Source of the DNA: an uncultured bacterium
GTDB lineage: Bacteria; Patescibacteriota; Microgenomatia; UBA1400; UBA12108
NCBI GenBank assembly: GCA_903945195.1
Contig: CAJAUT010000009.1
Coordinates: 23,231-87,230 of the forward strand
Direction: 5' to 3'
Length of the DNA: 64,000 bases
Below are positions 37,246-46,644 of the stretch, one piece after another. The position numbers and the translations under genes were made by a program. Each line of letters starts with the position of its first letter. Positions within the stretch are counted from its first letter, which is position 1. A model generated the notes under the pieces. It searched no databases and was not told where the DNA came from. It was given only the letters and a program-made list of their open reading frames with translations.

Positions 37246-37983
37246 TTATTTTCCCTTCTTCAAAATTTTAAATTTATAAGCATAGGTAAGTAGGGCGCCA
37301 GGGCCAGAAACTAGGAGTTGTTGGACTAGGGAGAACGCAGTGGTGATAACCCAGTAGAGAGCGAGACCTGAAGGGAATTGAATTGAGAAAATGATGGTCA
37401 TAATAGGCATCATAAAGACCATCTGTTGCTGCATGGTGGTGGCCATCTCGGCTACATCTTCTTTTTGCTCTTTGGTACCAGGTCTTTTTTCTGGTTCGTT
37501 TTCGACAGCTGGGAGAATGGTCAAAGACATTACAAACTGTAAGATGCCGGCTAGGACTGGGAGGATGTAGGTAGTATCTTTTGATTTGAGATCCCAGAGG
37601 AAAAAGGCGGAGTTTATGTCGCCCATGCCATTGCCATTTAGAGTGGCCATAAATACCTGGTAAAGGGCAATCAAAACAACAAACTGAGCAATAAATGGCA
37701 AACAGCCGGCGGCTGGGTTTACATTGTGAGTCTTATAAAACTCTAACTGTTTTTGCTGGAAGAGCTTGGCATCATGGCCATGCTTTTTCTTTAAGGAATC
37801 TAACTCTGGCTTGAGTTGAGCCATTTTTTTGGCTGATTTAAGCTGGGGGAGAGTGAAGGGGATCAAAATGCCGCGGACTACGAGGGTAAGCAAGATGATT
37901 GCAAAGCCTAGGTTGTGCCCGGTGATTTGGTACAGCCACAGCAGAGAATTTAAGATGGGTTGATAAATATAGTTGTGATACAT
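37246..37983 (-). CDS. yidC: Membrane protein insertase YidC
   Basis: GFAIILLT, NPAAGCLP, FPSGLALYW; canonical synteny. Confidence 0.93.
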   Translation of the reverse strand: MYHNYIYQPILNSLLWLYQITGHNLGFAIILLTLVVRGILIPFTLPQLKSAKKMAQLKPELDSLKKKHGHDAKLFQQKQLEFYKTHNVNPAAGCLPFIAQFVVLIALYQVFMATLNGNGMGDINSAFFLWDLKSKDTTYILPVLAGILQFVMSLTILPAVENEPEKRPGTKEQKEDVAEMATTMQQQMVFMMPIMTIIFSIQFPSGLALYWVITTAFSLVQQLLVSGPGALLTYAYKFKILKKGK

Positions 37984-38025
37984 ATATTGAGTTAAAAGTT
38001 TTTCAAGCTCGTCAAGTTTATAAAG

Positions 38026-38235
38026 TTATGGAATAGGGTCAAATCCGCCCTGAGACCATGGATGACATTTTAACAGTCTTTTGATAGATAACCAAGCGCC
38101 ATAGAAGAGGCCGTGCTTGGTGAGGGCTTGTTTGGCGTACAAGGAACAGGTAGGGGAGTAGCGACAACGACCCGCGGAAAGGCCCATGTTGCTGGCAATA
38201 GCTTTAAAATAAACCAGGATTTTGTGATAGTTCAT
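38026..38235 (-). CDS. yidD: Membrane protein insertion efficiency factor
   Basis: [11 protein letters not shown]...HG...G..L...R..KCHPW..GGFDP. Confidence 0.93.
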   Translation of the reverse strand: MNYHKILVYFKAIASNMGLSAGRCRYSPTCSLYAKQALTKHGLFYGAWLSIKRLLKCHPWSQGGFDPIP

Positions 38236-38557
38236 TTTTGATTAGATCCTCTGAAATTTTACCTTTTATTAACGCCATTGGTTTAAACATCACAATGCAA
38301 TCTAGATTCTTATCTTTGATCATTTTCCAGACTTGGTCATAAACTAGTCTTTTAAAAGAGTTACGAGCCACGGCGCGTTTATTTACCTTGACTGGGACTA
38401 TTACCGAGAGGCGAGAATCAAACTCCCGGAGTTTGATGTTGCCTGAACTCCGGGAGTTGAAGAGAATCCGGAGATGGGGGGTAGTAAATTGTTTTGCTTT
38501 TGCACGAAATTCTAGAAACTGAGTGCGCGTTGGAAATTTGTTGGATTTGGAAATCAT
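38204..38557 (-). CDS. rnpA: Ribonuclease P protein component (with palindrome-derived insert)
   Basis: [23 protein letters not shown] (RNR motif); synteny. Confidence 0.85.
   Translation of the reverse strand: MISKSNKFPTRTQFLEFRAKAKQFTTPHLRILFNSRSSGNIKLREFDSRLSVIVPVKVNKRAVARNSFKRLVYDQVWKMIKDKNLDCIVMFKPMALIKGKISEDLIKNELSQNPGLF
38417..38458. repeat. Paired AACTCC(C/G)GGAGTT palindromes, type D, inside rnpA
   Basis: ATCAAACTCC-C-GGAGTTTGAT and AACTCC-G-GGAGTT. Confidence 0.75.
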
Positions 38558-38586
38558 TTAGATATTATACGATGGAATATGATTTT

Positions 38587-39213
38587 TTATGCTGGAAGAC
38601 TGTTAAATGCTTGGTGGATTGCGGTCCCCACGTATTTTGCAGCAGAATTTTCGAGTTGTCCCGTCACGGAGTTGGGCCAGCTGGAGGGGGCCGAAAGGTG
38701 AATATTGCGCGGGCGAAGTAATCCTGGGACATTATTTTTATCGGTTTTCTTTCTAGGTTCATCTGAACATTCTATGTCCATGGTTAATCCAGTTTTTTCA
38801 TTGATTACCACAGTTAGTATTATTGAGCCGCCCGGGGATCTTTCTTTTGCGGCTTGTGCCAAAAATTGGAATTTCTCTGGACCACCCATCAACTGAATTG
38901 CTATGCCAAGCATTGATTGTTCATCTTGGGCCGTTTCGTCACTAACCTCCTGAGTGAGGATTGTGTAGCCCCATTCTTTTTTTTCTCGAGTGACTTTTTG
39001 CGTAAGATCTCCATACTCAGATGTATTACCAACATGTTTCAGGAGTTCCTCGTCCGAAACGGGCGCTCCAGATTCTTGACCGGCCCTCAATATGTCTCCG
39101 ATTTTAGACCTAGCGTCTGATGATGCAAATACATCTACCCAATGTGAATTTAATGCTTGCGTAAACGCAAGGGTTGCCCCATTTTGCAAATCTTCTGTCT
39201 TTTTTTCCATCAT
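38587..39213 (-). CDS. Hypothetical protein inserted between rpmH and rnpA
   Basis: 208-aa ORF filling the gap; no recognised motif. Confidence 0.6.
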   Translation of the reverse strand: MMEKKTEDLQNGATLAFTQALNSHWVDVFASSDARSKIGDILRAGQESGAPVSDEELLKHVGNTSEYGDLTQKVTREKKEWGYTILTQEVSDETAQDEQSMLGIAIQLMGGPEKFQFLAQAAKERSPGGSIILTVVINEKTGLTMDIECSDEPRKKTDKNNVPGLLRPRNIHLSAPSSWPNSVTGQLENSAAKYVGTAIHQAFNSLPA

Positions 39214-39261
39214 TATGAATTATTTATAGCACAATTTGAGCTTCGACCACTTGGAAAATAT

Positions 39262-39399
39262 TTAGACGGTCAATTTGGCGCGACCTTGAGCGCGGCGGCG
39301 AGAGATGACAAGGCGACCCTTATGGGAAGCCATGCGGATACGGAATCCATGGGTATTGCGGCGCTTGATTTTTTTAGGTTGATAAGTTCTTTTTGACAT
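39262..39399 (-). CDS. rpmH: 50S ribosomal protein L34
   Basis: Not in ORF track (<60 aa); manual translation [45 protein letters not shown]. Confidence 0.97.
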   Translation of the reverse strand: MSKRTYQPKKIKRRNTHGFRIRMASHKGRLVISRRRAQGRAKLTV

Positions 39400-39465
39400 T
39401 TCTGGATTTTAACACAAGAAGAGTGGATTTGTCACGGTGGGAGATAGTTTAGATATATTGTCTAG

Positions 39466-39485
39466 TGTGGAAAAGTTGTGGATAA
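39466..39485 (-). promoter_or_regulatory. DnaA boxes upstream of dnaA
   Basis: TGTGGAAAA 39466 and perfect TGTGGATAA 39477. Confidence 0.75.
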
Positions 39486-39492
39486 TGAGCTC

Positions 39493-40845
39493 ATGGACAT
39501 CATATCAACTTGGAAGGCTGTACTTGGAGAACTAGAGGTTTCTATCTCCCCTGTATATTTTCCCACTTGGATCAAGCCACTATCAATTGCTTCGATAGAA
39601 AAATTGAGCGAAGAATCTCAGCTAGTAACTCTCCTTTGCCCGTCGGCTTACCACCAGACAATGGCTACTCAAAGATACCAGGGCCAAATCCAACGAAGTC
39701 TAGAGAGAATTACAAATTTAAAAACTGAACTGGCATATATTGTGGGGAAGGATGCTTCCACAAGTTTAGCGGCAGCACCTTCACCACTTTTTGATCCCAC
39801 TCCGCCTGCGGCTACGCTTGGGACAAGTGGACACCACAACCTAAACCCCAAGCTGACTTTTGAGACATACGTGGTTGGAGGATCCAATAATTTTGCTTAT
39901 GCGGCAGCACAGGGAGCGGCCAAGTCTCCGGGCACGAGACACAACCCACTCTTTATATACGGGGGAGTGGGACTTGGGAAAACCCACCTGATGCAGGCGA
40001 TAGGGCATGCAATATACAAAGACCATCCCGACTGGAATATCATGTATATCTCGGCAGAGACTTTTGGAAGCGATTTAATCGCGAGCTTACAAAATAAAAA
40101 GACTGCAGCTTTTAAAAAGAAGTATCGAGCTCCTAATGTGCTTTTAATTGATGATATCCAGTTTATCGCGGGCAAAGAATATACCCAAGAAGAGTTTTTT
40201 CACACATTTAATGAGTTGTATATGTCTGAGAGACAGATTGTGCTTACATCCGATCGTCCTCCACAAGAGATCCCAAAGATCGAGGAGAGACTGTCGTCTA
40301 GGTTTATGGGCGGACTTATGGTGGATATACAATCTCCCGATTTTGAGACTCGGGTGGCCATCCTTACACAAAAATGTAAGGCCTTAAATATTGAGGTACC
40401 CAGCGAAGTGATTGGTCTTATGGCTGAGAAAACTACTACCAACGTCAGAGAGCTAGAGGGGGCTCTACAGGGGATATTGACCAAGTCACTACCTAGTGGA
40501 GGCGAAATAAACAGCGATATGGTGCGCGAGTATTTTGGGGCTGAACATGAAAGGCGGAGCCAGAGAATCAAGCCAAATACGGTGATAAACAAGACAGCTT
40601 CATATTTTTCCTTCAAGCCAGCCGAACTTGTGAGCTCGAGTCGCAAGGCCCCGCTTACCAATGCCAGGCACACTGCCATGTATTTGCTTTATAAAGAACT
40701 GCATCTGCCATATGAGCAGGTAGGTAGACTATTTGGTGGACGAGACCATACAACTATTATCCATGCCGTTGAGAAAATTGAGGAAAAAATAAAGACCGAC
40801 CCAGAAATGGCAAAGATTATAGCGGATATAAAGCACGATTTATGA
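39493..40845 (+). CDS. dnaA: Chromosomal replication initiator DnaA
   Basis: GGVGLGKTHL, IDDIQF, QEEFFHTFN, GGRDHTT; start ATG 39493 (GTG 39478 lies inside a DnaA box). Confidence 0.98.
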   Translation: MDIISTWKAVLGELEVSISPVYFPTWIKPLSIASIEKLSEESQLVTLLCPSAYHQTMATQRYQGQIQRSLERITNLKTELAYIVGKDASTSLAAAPSPLFDPTPPAATLGTSGHHNLNPKLTFETYVVGGSNNFAYAAAQGAAKSPGTRHNPLFIYGGVGLGKTHLMQAIGHAIYKDHPDWNIMYISAETFGSDLIASLQNKKTAAFKKKYRAPNVLLIDDIQFIAGKEYTQEEFFHTFNELYMSERQIVLTSDRPPQEIPKIEERLSSRFMGGLMVDIQSPDFETRVAILTQKCKALNIEVPSEVIGLMAEKTTTNVRELEGALQGILTKSLPSGGEINSDMVREYFGAEHERRSQRIKPNTVINKTASYFSFKPAELVSSSRKAPLTNARHTAMYLLYKELHLPYEQVGRLFGGRDHTTIIHAVEKIEEKIKTDPEMAKIIADIKHDL

Positions 40846-41087
40846 AAAATATAGTTATCAACATATCTTGTGGGAAACTCAGTGGAAAGGTGAGGGGATG
40901 CGAATGTGGAGAACTTACACAATTGAGGATAACTAGAGTTGTCCACAAAGCAGGTGAGTTATTCACAAAGTTATCCACAAGGTTTTGCACGCGATTTACA
41001 GAGAGCTTTCCACGAATCCACCGGCTCTACTACTACAACTAGTTTATTTAATATATATTAGTGATAGCTATAAATAAGGGACAAATT
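40846..41087. other. Replication origin oriC (DnaA boxes, DnaA-trios, AT-rich DUE)
   Basis: TTATCAACA 40855, TTGTCCACA 40939, TTATTCACA 40959, TTATCCACA 40971; CCGGC then CTACTACTACAACTA 41027-41041; AT-rich tract. Confidence 0.85.
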
Positions 41088-42185
41088 ATGAAAATAGAAG
41101 TTTTGCAAGAACAGCTCGTAGCCGGATTTAATATAGTGGGGAGAGCTGTGGCAAGTAGAGCTCAGCTACCCGTACTTTCTCACATCCTGATAGAGGCTAA
41201 AAATGAAGGGTTAGTATTGTCTGCGACAGACCTAGAGATAGGAATCAAAATAAAGGTGTCTGCAAAAGTGATAGAGCCAGGAGTGGTAGCGGTACCAGCC
41301 AAGATGTTTGGGGAGTTTTTGGCATCACTTAATCCTGGAAAGATAGAACTTAAGTCTGAAGGAGAATCTCTATCTTTGAAGGCACCTGGGTATAACGGGA
41401 AATTCCAGACTATAAATGCAGAAGAATTTCCTTTGATCCCAGAACTTTCCACAGAAGCCGAGATTTGTACTTTAGAAGCCAAGGCCTTGTCCACTGCCGT
41501 ATCTCAAGTCGTGTTTGCCAGCGCCAAAGATAGTTTACGCCCAGTGCTGACGGGCGTGCTCTGGGAGTTTTTGAAGAAAAAGGTGAGACTGGTAGCGACT
41601 GATGGGTTTAGACTGGCAGTGGAAGAGATCTCTGTCGACACGAAGACTGAGCTGACAAGTCTACTTGTCCCATCTAGAGTGGTGATGGAAGTGGTGAGAC
41701 TGGCTGGGGAAGAAAAAATCATAGTTGGACACTTACCAGCGACTAATCAGATTTATTTTGTGGTGGGTGAGACTCAGATAGTGTCTCAGCTATTGTCTGG
41801 TAATTTCCCGGACTATAACAAGATTTTGCCAAAGGAATTTACGACTGAAATCAAAGTGAATAAAGACGAGCTTTTGCAGGCTATAAAGGCGACTCATATC
41901 TTTGCTAGAGATAACTCTAATATGGTGAAGTGGCAAGTAGCTGAAGAAAAGCTAGTACTCTTGTCGAGTTCTCCAGAGCGAGGGGAATGTAGAGTAGAGG
42001 TGCCAATTACTCTGACTGGAGATGATATTGAGATAATATTCAACGCCAAGTATGTCCTTGATTTTTTGGGAATTGTCGGAGGGGATACACTGTGGATAGG
42101 ACTAGGAGGGAAGCTGTCTCCTGGAATGATTAAAGATGTCGCGCGTGAAAACGGGCAGTATGTGGTAATGCCGATAAATGCGTAA
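41088..42185 (+). CDS. dnaN: DNA polymerase III beta sliding clamp
   Basis: SATDLE, RPVLTGV, VATDGFRL, GNFPDY, YVVMP. Confidence 0.96.
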   Translation: MKIEVLQEQLVAGFNIVGRAVASRAQLPVLSHILIEAKNEGLVLSATDLEIGIKIKVSAKVIEPGVVAVPAKMFGEFLASLNPGKIELKSEGESLSLKAPGYNGKFQTINAEEFPLIPELSTEAEICTLEAKALSTAVSQVVFASAKDSLRPVLTGVLWEFLKKKVRLVATDGFRLAVEEISVDTKTELTSLLVPSRVVMEVVRLAGEEKIIVGHLPATNQIYFVVGETQIVSQLLSGNFPDYNKILPKEFTTEIKVNKDELLQAIKATHIFARDNSNMVKWQVAEEKLVLLSSSPERGECRVEVPITLTGDDIEIIFNAKYVLDFLGIVGGDTLWIGLGGKLSPGMIKDVARENGQYVVMPINA

Positions 42186-42196
42186 ATCTCCATTAA

Positions 42197-42280
42197 GATC
42201 TGACCCGGTCTCCTGATTGTGTTTTGAAGTCGACTAAACATCTTGGCCTTTGGCCAGGATTTCCTTAGCGGGTCAGACCT
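42197..42280 (+). repeat. Type A cassette copy A6 between dnaN and virB4
   Basis: GATCTGACCC-ggtctcctgattgtgttttgaagtcgactaaacatcttggcctttggccaggatttccttagcg-GGTCAGACCT. Confidence 0.9.
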
Positions 42281-44210
42281 TGGGGGTTGGTTGTTCAAAG
42301 ATCGGAGATGATTCTTCTTTAGCTTTGGGTTCGACTGGCTGCGGTTCGACAGTCGGGGTGGATGCTACTGGTGCGGCCGGAGAATTGGTTTTGGTGGAGA
42401 GGAGTTTGTCGGCAAAAGCTTTTTGACGATCTAGAGTTTCTTGAGGATTGGTGGTGATCAAAATGTGTTCTTCGGGAGAAGCAACGACCTTCATAGCCAC
42501 GTGATTTTGGCCGGCAAAAAATAGAGCCTCTCCAACTTCGGCGGTGAGGAGTAGATGTCTTTCTCCTTGTGAGAGGAAGAAGGTTGTGGCCAACTTTTCT
42601 ATAGCGCTACTAGATTGCTTCATGAGCACCTGTAGGGAGGAGTTTGAGACGATAGCCTTGCCATGGTCGCTCTTTAGGAAGTCCTCGACGTCCTGGGTGA
42701 TTGTAGTGAGTCCCAGGAAGTATTTGCGGGCGCGCTTGGCTATGCCATAAAGGAAAGTGGCGGAATCTTCGGATTTCATGAGATACCACGCCTCATCGAC
42801 CACAAGTAGTCTTTTCTTGAGATCTCTTTTAACCTTGGTCCAAATATAATCGAGAATGATGAAAATGGCAGTTGGGCGGAGCTCGTCTGTTAGATTTTTA
42901 ATACCAAAAACAGTGAGCTGATTGCCAAAGTTGACGTTGGATTTTTGGGAGAAAATCCCTTGGAAAGAGCCCTTAACATATTTTTCGAGACGATCGGCGA
43001 GTCCACGAGCTACGGCTTCTTCCATGCCATTTAGGACTTTGTATAAATCTTCCATAAGCGGAGGTTCGTTTTTGTGGGTGGCAGGGTCCCGATTTATTCC
43101 CTTCATCTGATAGGTCATAACGAGTGCTCGATCAAGTAATGCTTCTTCTTGTGGACTCATAGTACCCATCATGATTTTGAGGAGTGAATGAAGCGAAATG
43201 ATTTTCATGGCTAGTTCGTTTTCGTCTGGCTCGTCCATCTGGGGAAGCTCAAAAGGATTAATACGGTTGGGGGAGCCAAAGGAAAAGTCGATATAGGTGC
43301 CCTTGATGGCGTCGGATAATTTGCGATATTCATCTTCTGGGTCGATGACAATGACCTCGGTATCAAAAAGGAGGGAGCGAAGGATTTCTAGTTTGACCAT
43401 ATAGGACTTACCAGAACCAGATTTGGCAAAAACCACCATGTTGGCATTTTCGAGAGTGAAGCGATCAAAGACGACGAGCGAGTCATTGTGTTCGTTAATG
43501 CCGTACATTAGTCCTTCGTTGGCTGTGAGTTCTGAGGAGGTGAAAGGGAAGGTTGTGGCGAGACTGGTGGTGTCCATATTGCGATTCATTTTTAGTTTGT
43601 CTAGGCCCGTGGGGAGCGTGGTTTTAAAGCCATCTTCTATTTGAAGGCTTGCGGTTTTGGCGACAATGAGGAGCGCTCCGAGAGCGGACTTAATGTGATT
43701 GGTGACCCGGTCTAGGACGTCCTTTTTATCATCGCGGATGGTGATGTAGAGCCCAAACTGGAAGAATCTCTCGGCACCTTTGGCTAGTTGTTCCTGAAGT
43801 GAGCGAGCATCTTCTAGCTTGACTTGAGTGTCGATATTGATGATGCGACCTCTTTGAATGTCTCCCTGAAGCTCTGCTTCCATTTCGGCGATCTTGCGGC
43901 GCAGATCTTCGATGACGCCTTTACCATCAATAGGATAGATAAACATGGAGATGGAGAGGGAGTGAGGGAAATTGATGAGGGGGGAGAGCCAATTGGCGTT
44001 GACGAAACGGGGATAGCCAGCGACAAAGAGTGTGCGATAGTAAGTGTCGTTGATTTTGATGTCGCTCCAGTCGACCTCGATGGCTTCTGGAGCAATGACA
44101 TCTTTGACATTGGTGGTGCCCTGAGAAAGTACTGTGACTGCAGTAGAGACGGCCGGTCCAGAGTTTTTTGAGTCGTCTTTTTTGCCACCAAGGGAGAAGG
44201 GCAGTTTCAT
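42273..44210 (-). CDS. VirB4-like T4SS ATPase
   Basis: Walker A AKSGSGKS, VIDPEDEY, INPFE, Walker B VVDEAW, KRARKY, ITQDVEDF. Confidence 0.9.
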   Translation of the reverse strand: MKLPFSLGGKKDDSKNSGPAVSTAVTVLSQGTTNVKDVIAPEAIEVDWSDIKINDTYYRTLFVAGYPRFVNANWLSPLINFPHSLSISMFIYPIDGKGVIEDLRRKIAEMEAELQGDIQRGRIINIDTQVKLEDARSLQEQLAKGAERFFQFGLYITIRDDKKDVLDRVTNHIKSALGALLIVAKTASLQIEDGFKTTLPTGLDKLKMNRNMDTTSLATTFPFTSSELTANEGLMYGINEHNDSLVVFDRFTLENANMVVFAKSGSGKSYMVKLEILRSLLFDTEVIVIDPEDEYRKLSDAIKGTYIDFSFGSPNRINPFELPQMDEPDENELAMKIISLHSLLKIMMGTMSPQEEALLDRALVMTYQMKGINRDPATHKNEPPLMEDLYKVLNGMEEAVARGLADRLEKYVKGSFQGIFSQKSNVNFGNQLTVFGIKNLTDELRPTAIFIILDYIWTKVKRDLKKRLLVVDEAWYLMKSEDSATFLYGIAKRARKYFLGLTTITQDVEDFLKSDHGKAIVSNSSLQVLMKQSSSAIEKLATTFFLSQGERHLLLTAEVGEALFFAGQNHVAMKVVASPEEHILITTNPQETLDRQKAFADKLLSTKTNSPAAPVASTPTVEPQPVEPKAKEESSPIFEQPTPKV

Positions 44211-44256
44211 ATATTCAAAGTATACAGTACTGCCCTTAGTACCAAAAGGGCTTGGG

Positions 44257-44895
44257 TTATTTGGTAATATTGGGGGCGACTATGGCTTGTTCGTAGTCGG
44301 AGGCTGTCGTGAACTTTTGACCTTTGACCGTCGAGTTATAAAGTGAGTGGAATAGCTTCATGAGATTCTGAGAGTTTACCTGTTCGGCAGCCAGTCCGAT
44401 TCTACTCAACTGTTTAATGATGTGGTCCCTTTTTGGTTCTAGATCGGCCTTGGCTTTTTGAATTAAGTCTTCAGTTATTTCTACTTTTCCAGAAAGGGTG
44501 ATGATTTGGTATGAAACTATCAAATAGAACTTTTTATCCAAAACATTTTGCTCTGTGATTGTAGTATCTATAAACTGGCGATAATTGTGCATGCGCTCTT
44601 TGAGAATTTCATCTTTAAGCTTTTTTTCTTGTGTGGCTAGTAGTTCTAGATAGGCGCTAATATCTTTTTTTTCAGATTTGATGACTATTTGAACCGGGAA
44701 AGAAAGGGAGTTGAGTAGTCCGGCATAGGCATAAATAGTCGCGTCTTGCTCTTCTTCAGATAGTAAGCCAAAATTGATTGCGGAAGTCTTTATGACAACA
44801 CTACAGATGCCGTTCTTTAGAATAACTAGATCATCTCGAATTGTTTCGATGTCTAAATGATCTTGGGTTGTTGCGACAATGATTGAGTCAGACAT
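44257..44895 (-). CDS. T4SS-associated protein (VirB4 N-terminal-like/TrsD-like)
   Basis: TQDHLDIETIRDDLVILKNG, INFGLLSEEEQDATIYAY..LLNSLSFPVQI; lies between PrgI-like and virB4. Confidence 0.65.
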   Translation of the reverse strand: MSDSIIVATTQDHLDIETIRDDLVILKNGICSVVIKTSAINFGLLSEEEQDATIYAYAGLLNSLSFPVQIVIKSEKKDISAYLELLATQEKKLKDEILKERMHNYRQFIDTTITEQNVLDKKFYLIVSYQIITLSGKVEITEDLIQKAKADLEPKRDHIIKQLSRIGLAAEQVNSQNLMKLFHSLYNSTVKGQKFTTASDYEQAIVAPNITK

Positions 44896-44914
44896 AAATA
44901 TTAGTATAACCTAA

Positions 44915-44947
44915 AATCACAAATCCTAAATTCTCCAATTCTCAAAT
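44915..44947 (+). repeat. 33-nt ~8-periodic repeat, copy 2 (intergenic)
   Basis: aatcacaaatcctaaattctccaattctcaaat. Confidence 0.75.
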
Positions 44948-44951
44948 TATT

Positions 44952-45953
44952 TTAAACTGTAACTCTTAACTCTACGGGTGAGAGGATAGTGTTATTTACG
45001 ACTATTTGTTGTGGAGCAAAAGTGAGGCCCATCTTATCTACCTCTATCACATAGGTGGCTGGGGAAAGAGGCGTGGAAGTATAAAATTGGCCCAAGGAAT
45101 TGGTTTTCATTGCCCGCTGGGGGATTCCGTCGCTACTGACTATTTGGACAATGGCATTTTCTATCAATTTCCCGCTTTGATCTACCACAGCGCCAGTAAT
45201 TAAATTGGGATCTTTGGGGGAGGCGGGAAGAGATATATTTTTTGGGGCAGTTCTTTCTGGGGCGGCACGTGATTGGGGGGCTGACGGGGCTGTAAAGATG
45301 GTGTTTGTAACCTGTTTGACTAGTCCTGGCGTCACAATGACCGCTTCTTTGGGAATGGGGGTGGAATCTGGAAGTGGTGTATGTAAGACAATTCCTGCGA
45401 CCTCTGTGGCAGGATTCAATTTTCTAACCAAGATTGAAGGTTTGGTAATTATTTCTTCTACTTTTTTTAGCGTCGAATCTGTCTGAGTGATTTGAGGCAC
45501 AGAACTAAATAAGCCATCTAGAGATTTTACGATACTAGCCTCCTTCTCGGTTAAGTCTGAGATGGATGACTGATTACTAGCGGCTACTGGAGCTTTGATG
45601 GTTTTTGTAATGGTGGTGATGACTTCTGGAGCGTGGGCCTCAAATAAAAACAGTCTAGGGATTTTGTTGGTTTTTTGCCAGGTGAATCTTGTGGGAGCAT
45701 AGATGGATTTGATAAAGTTGATGATCCACTGATCGAGGGGGCGATCTTCTAGAGGGAAAAATGCGAGTCCGGCTCCAAAGAGGAGAGAGAGGATAACTAG
45801 TGGCCATTTGACTATAAAAATAAGATTACTGGCAAAGAAAAGATAGGCCAATACCATACCGCTGGCTAATTCTAAGAACTGTTTAAGGGTCATGTCTCCT
45901 ACCAGGCGAAACTGGTATTGAGTGACATTTTGTGGGATTGGATGTTGTTGCAT
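44952..45953 (-). CDS. PrgI (VirB3-like) family protein with C-terminal carboxypeptidase-regulatory-like domain
   Basis: HPIPQNV..FRLVGDMTLKQF, two TMs, RPLDQW; C-terminal GAVVDQSG..I..A.V..TNSLGQF. Confidence 0.75.
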   Translation of the reverse strand: MQQHPIPQNVTQYQFRLVGDMTLKQFLELASGMVLAYLFFASNLIFIVKWPLVILSLLFGAGLAFFPLEDRPLDQWIINFIKSIYAPTRFTWQKTNKIPRLFLFEAHAPEVITTITKTIKAPVAASNQSSISDLTEKEASIVKSLDGLFSSVPQITQTDSTLKKVEEIITKPSILVRKLNPATEVAGIVLHTPLPDSTPIPKEAVIVTPGLVKQVTNTIFTAPSAPQSRAAPERTAPKNISLPASPKDPNLITGAVVDQSGKLIENAIVQIVSSDGIPQRAMKTNSLGQFYTSTPLSPATYVIEVDKMGLTFAPQQIVVNNTILSPVELRVTV

Positions 45954-46011
45954 ATATTAACAGTTTATCAGAGAATCATTACGCTACGCACGCGCAACAC
46001 TAGACAAAGAT

Positions 46012-46635
46012 TTATTTTTTTGTAGCTGGTTGAGCAATTTTGTATTGATGAGAGTCTGGAGCGAGTCCATTTTGGGTCACCCAAGCCTTGGCTTGTAGAA
46101 TAATGTCTGAGGGGGTAATTTTTGAGTCCAAAATGGTGATCTCTAAAGTAAGGGGGGCACTATAAACCAGTGAATATCCCTGTGTAAAGCGTGGAGTTTC
46201 CCCCATTAATGGATATTGAGCATCCATTTTGTCTTGGACTTGTTGGAGAAATCTGGGATCTGTTTGTCCCGGAGCTGTACTAAAAGTATAGATTGAAACT
46301 ACCTGGTCTAAATACTTGATAGTTAAGACGTATTTTGTGTTTAAGTATAAATATTTTTTGTGACTTAGGGATATGGTTTGTTTGTCGACTTGATTGATGG
46401 TCCAATTCTCATCTGGACTAGATGCAATAGAAATATCTGAGGCCAATATAGATTTATTAAATTGTATTTGAGGATTTATCATTACACTATTTTGCGTAGA
46501 TTTATCGAGAGGAGTTGTGGCCTCAATTGTTATTGGAATGGGCCTGTATGACATAGGCAATAAGATTAAGGTACCCAGAAGAATAATTCCTATAGAGAAA
46601 ATTATTAGGTTTTTTCTTGATAAATATTTATTCAT
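46012..46635 (-). CDS. Membrane-anchored Ig-like domain protein
   Basis: N-terminal TM; TTPLD...IQFNK...NTKYVLTI...FST pattern. Confidence 0.55.
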   Translation of the reverse strand: MNKYLSRKNLIIFSIGIILLGTLILLPMSYRPIPITIEATTPLDKSTQNSVMINPQIQFNKSILASDISIASSPDENWTINQVDKQTISLSHKKYLYLNTKYVLTIKYLDQVVSIYTFSTAPGQTDPRFLQQVQDKMDAQYPLMGETPRFTQGYSLVYSAPLTLEITILDSKITPSDIILQAKAWVTQNGLAPDSHQYKIAQPATKK

Positions 46636-46644
46636 AGTTTTATT

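Noticed and set aside
39157-39396. 79-aa + strand ORF
   Set aside because: Antisense to rpmH, which the ORF track missed
40689-41042. ORFs 40842-41042 (+) and 40689-40946 (-)
   Set aside because: They overlie oriC; peptides such as LSTR and VDN are translated DnaA boxes
41894-42298. 134-aa minus-strand ORF starting MNNQPPRSDPLRKSW
   Set aside because: Just cassette A6 read through into antisense dnaN
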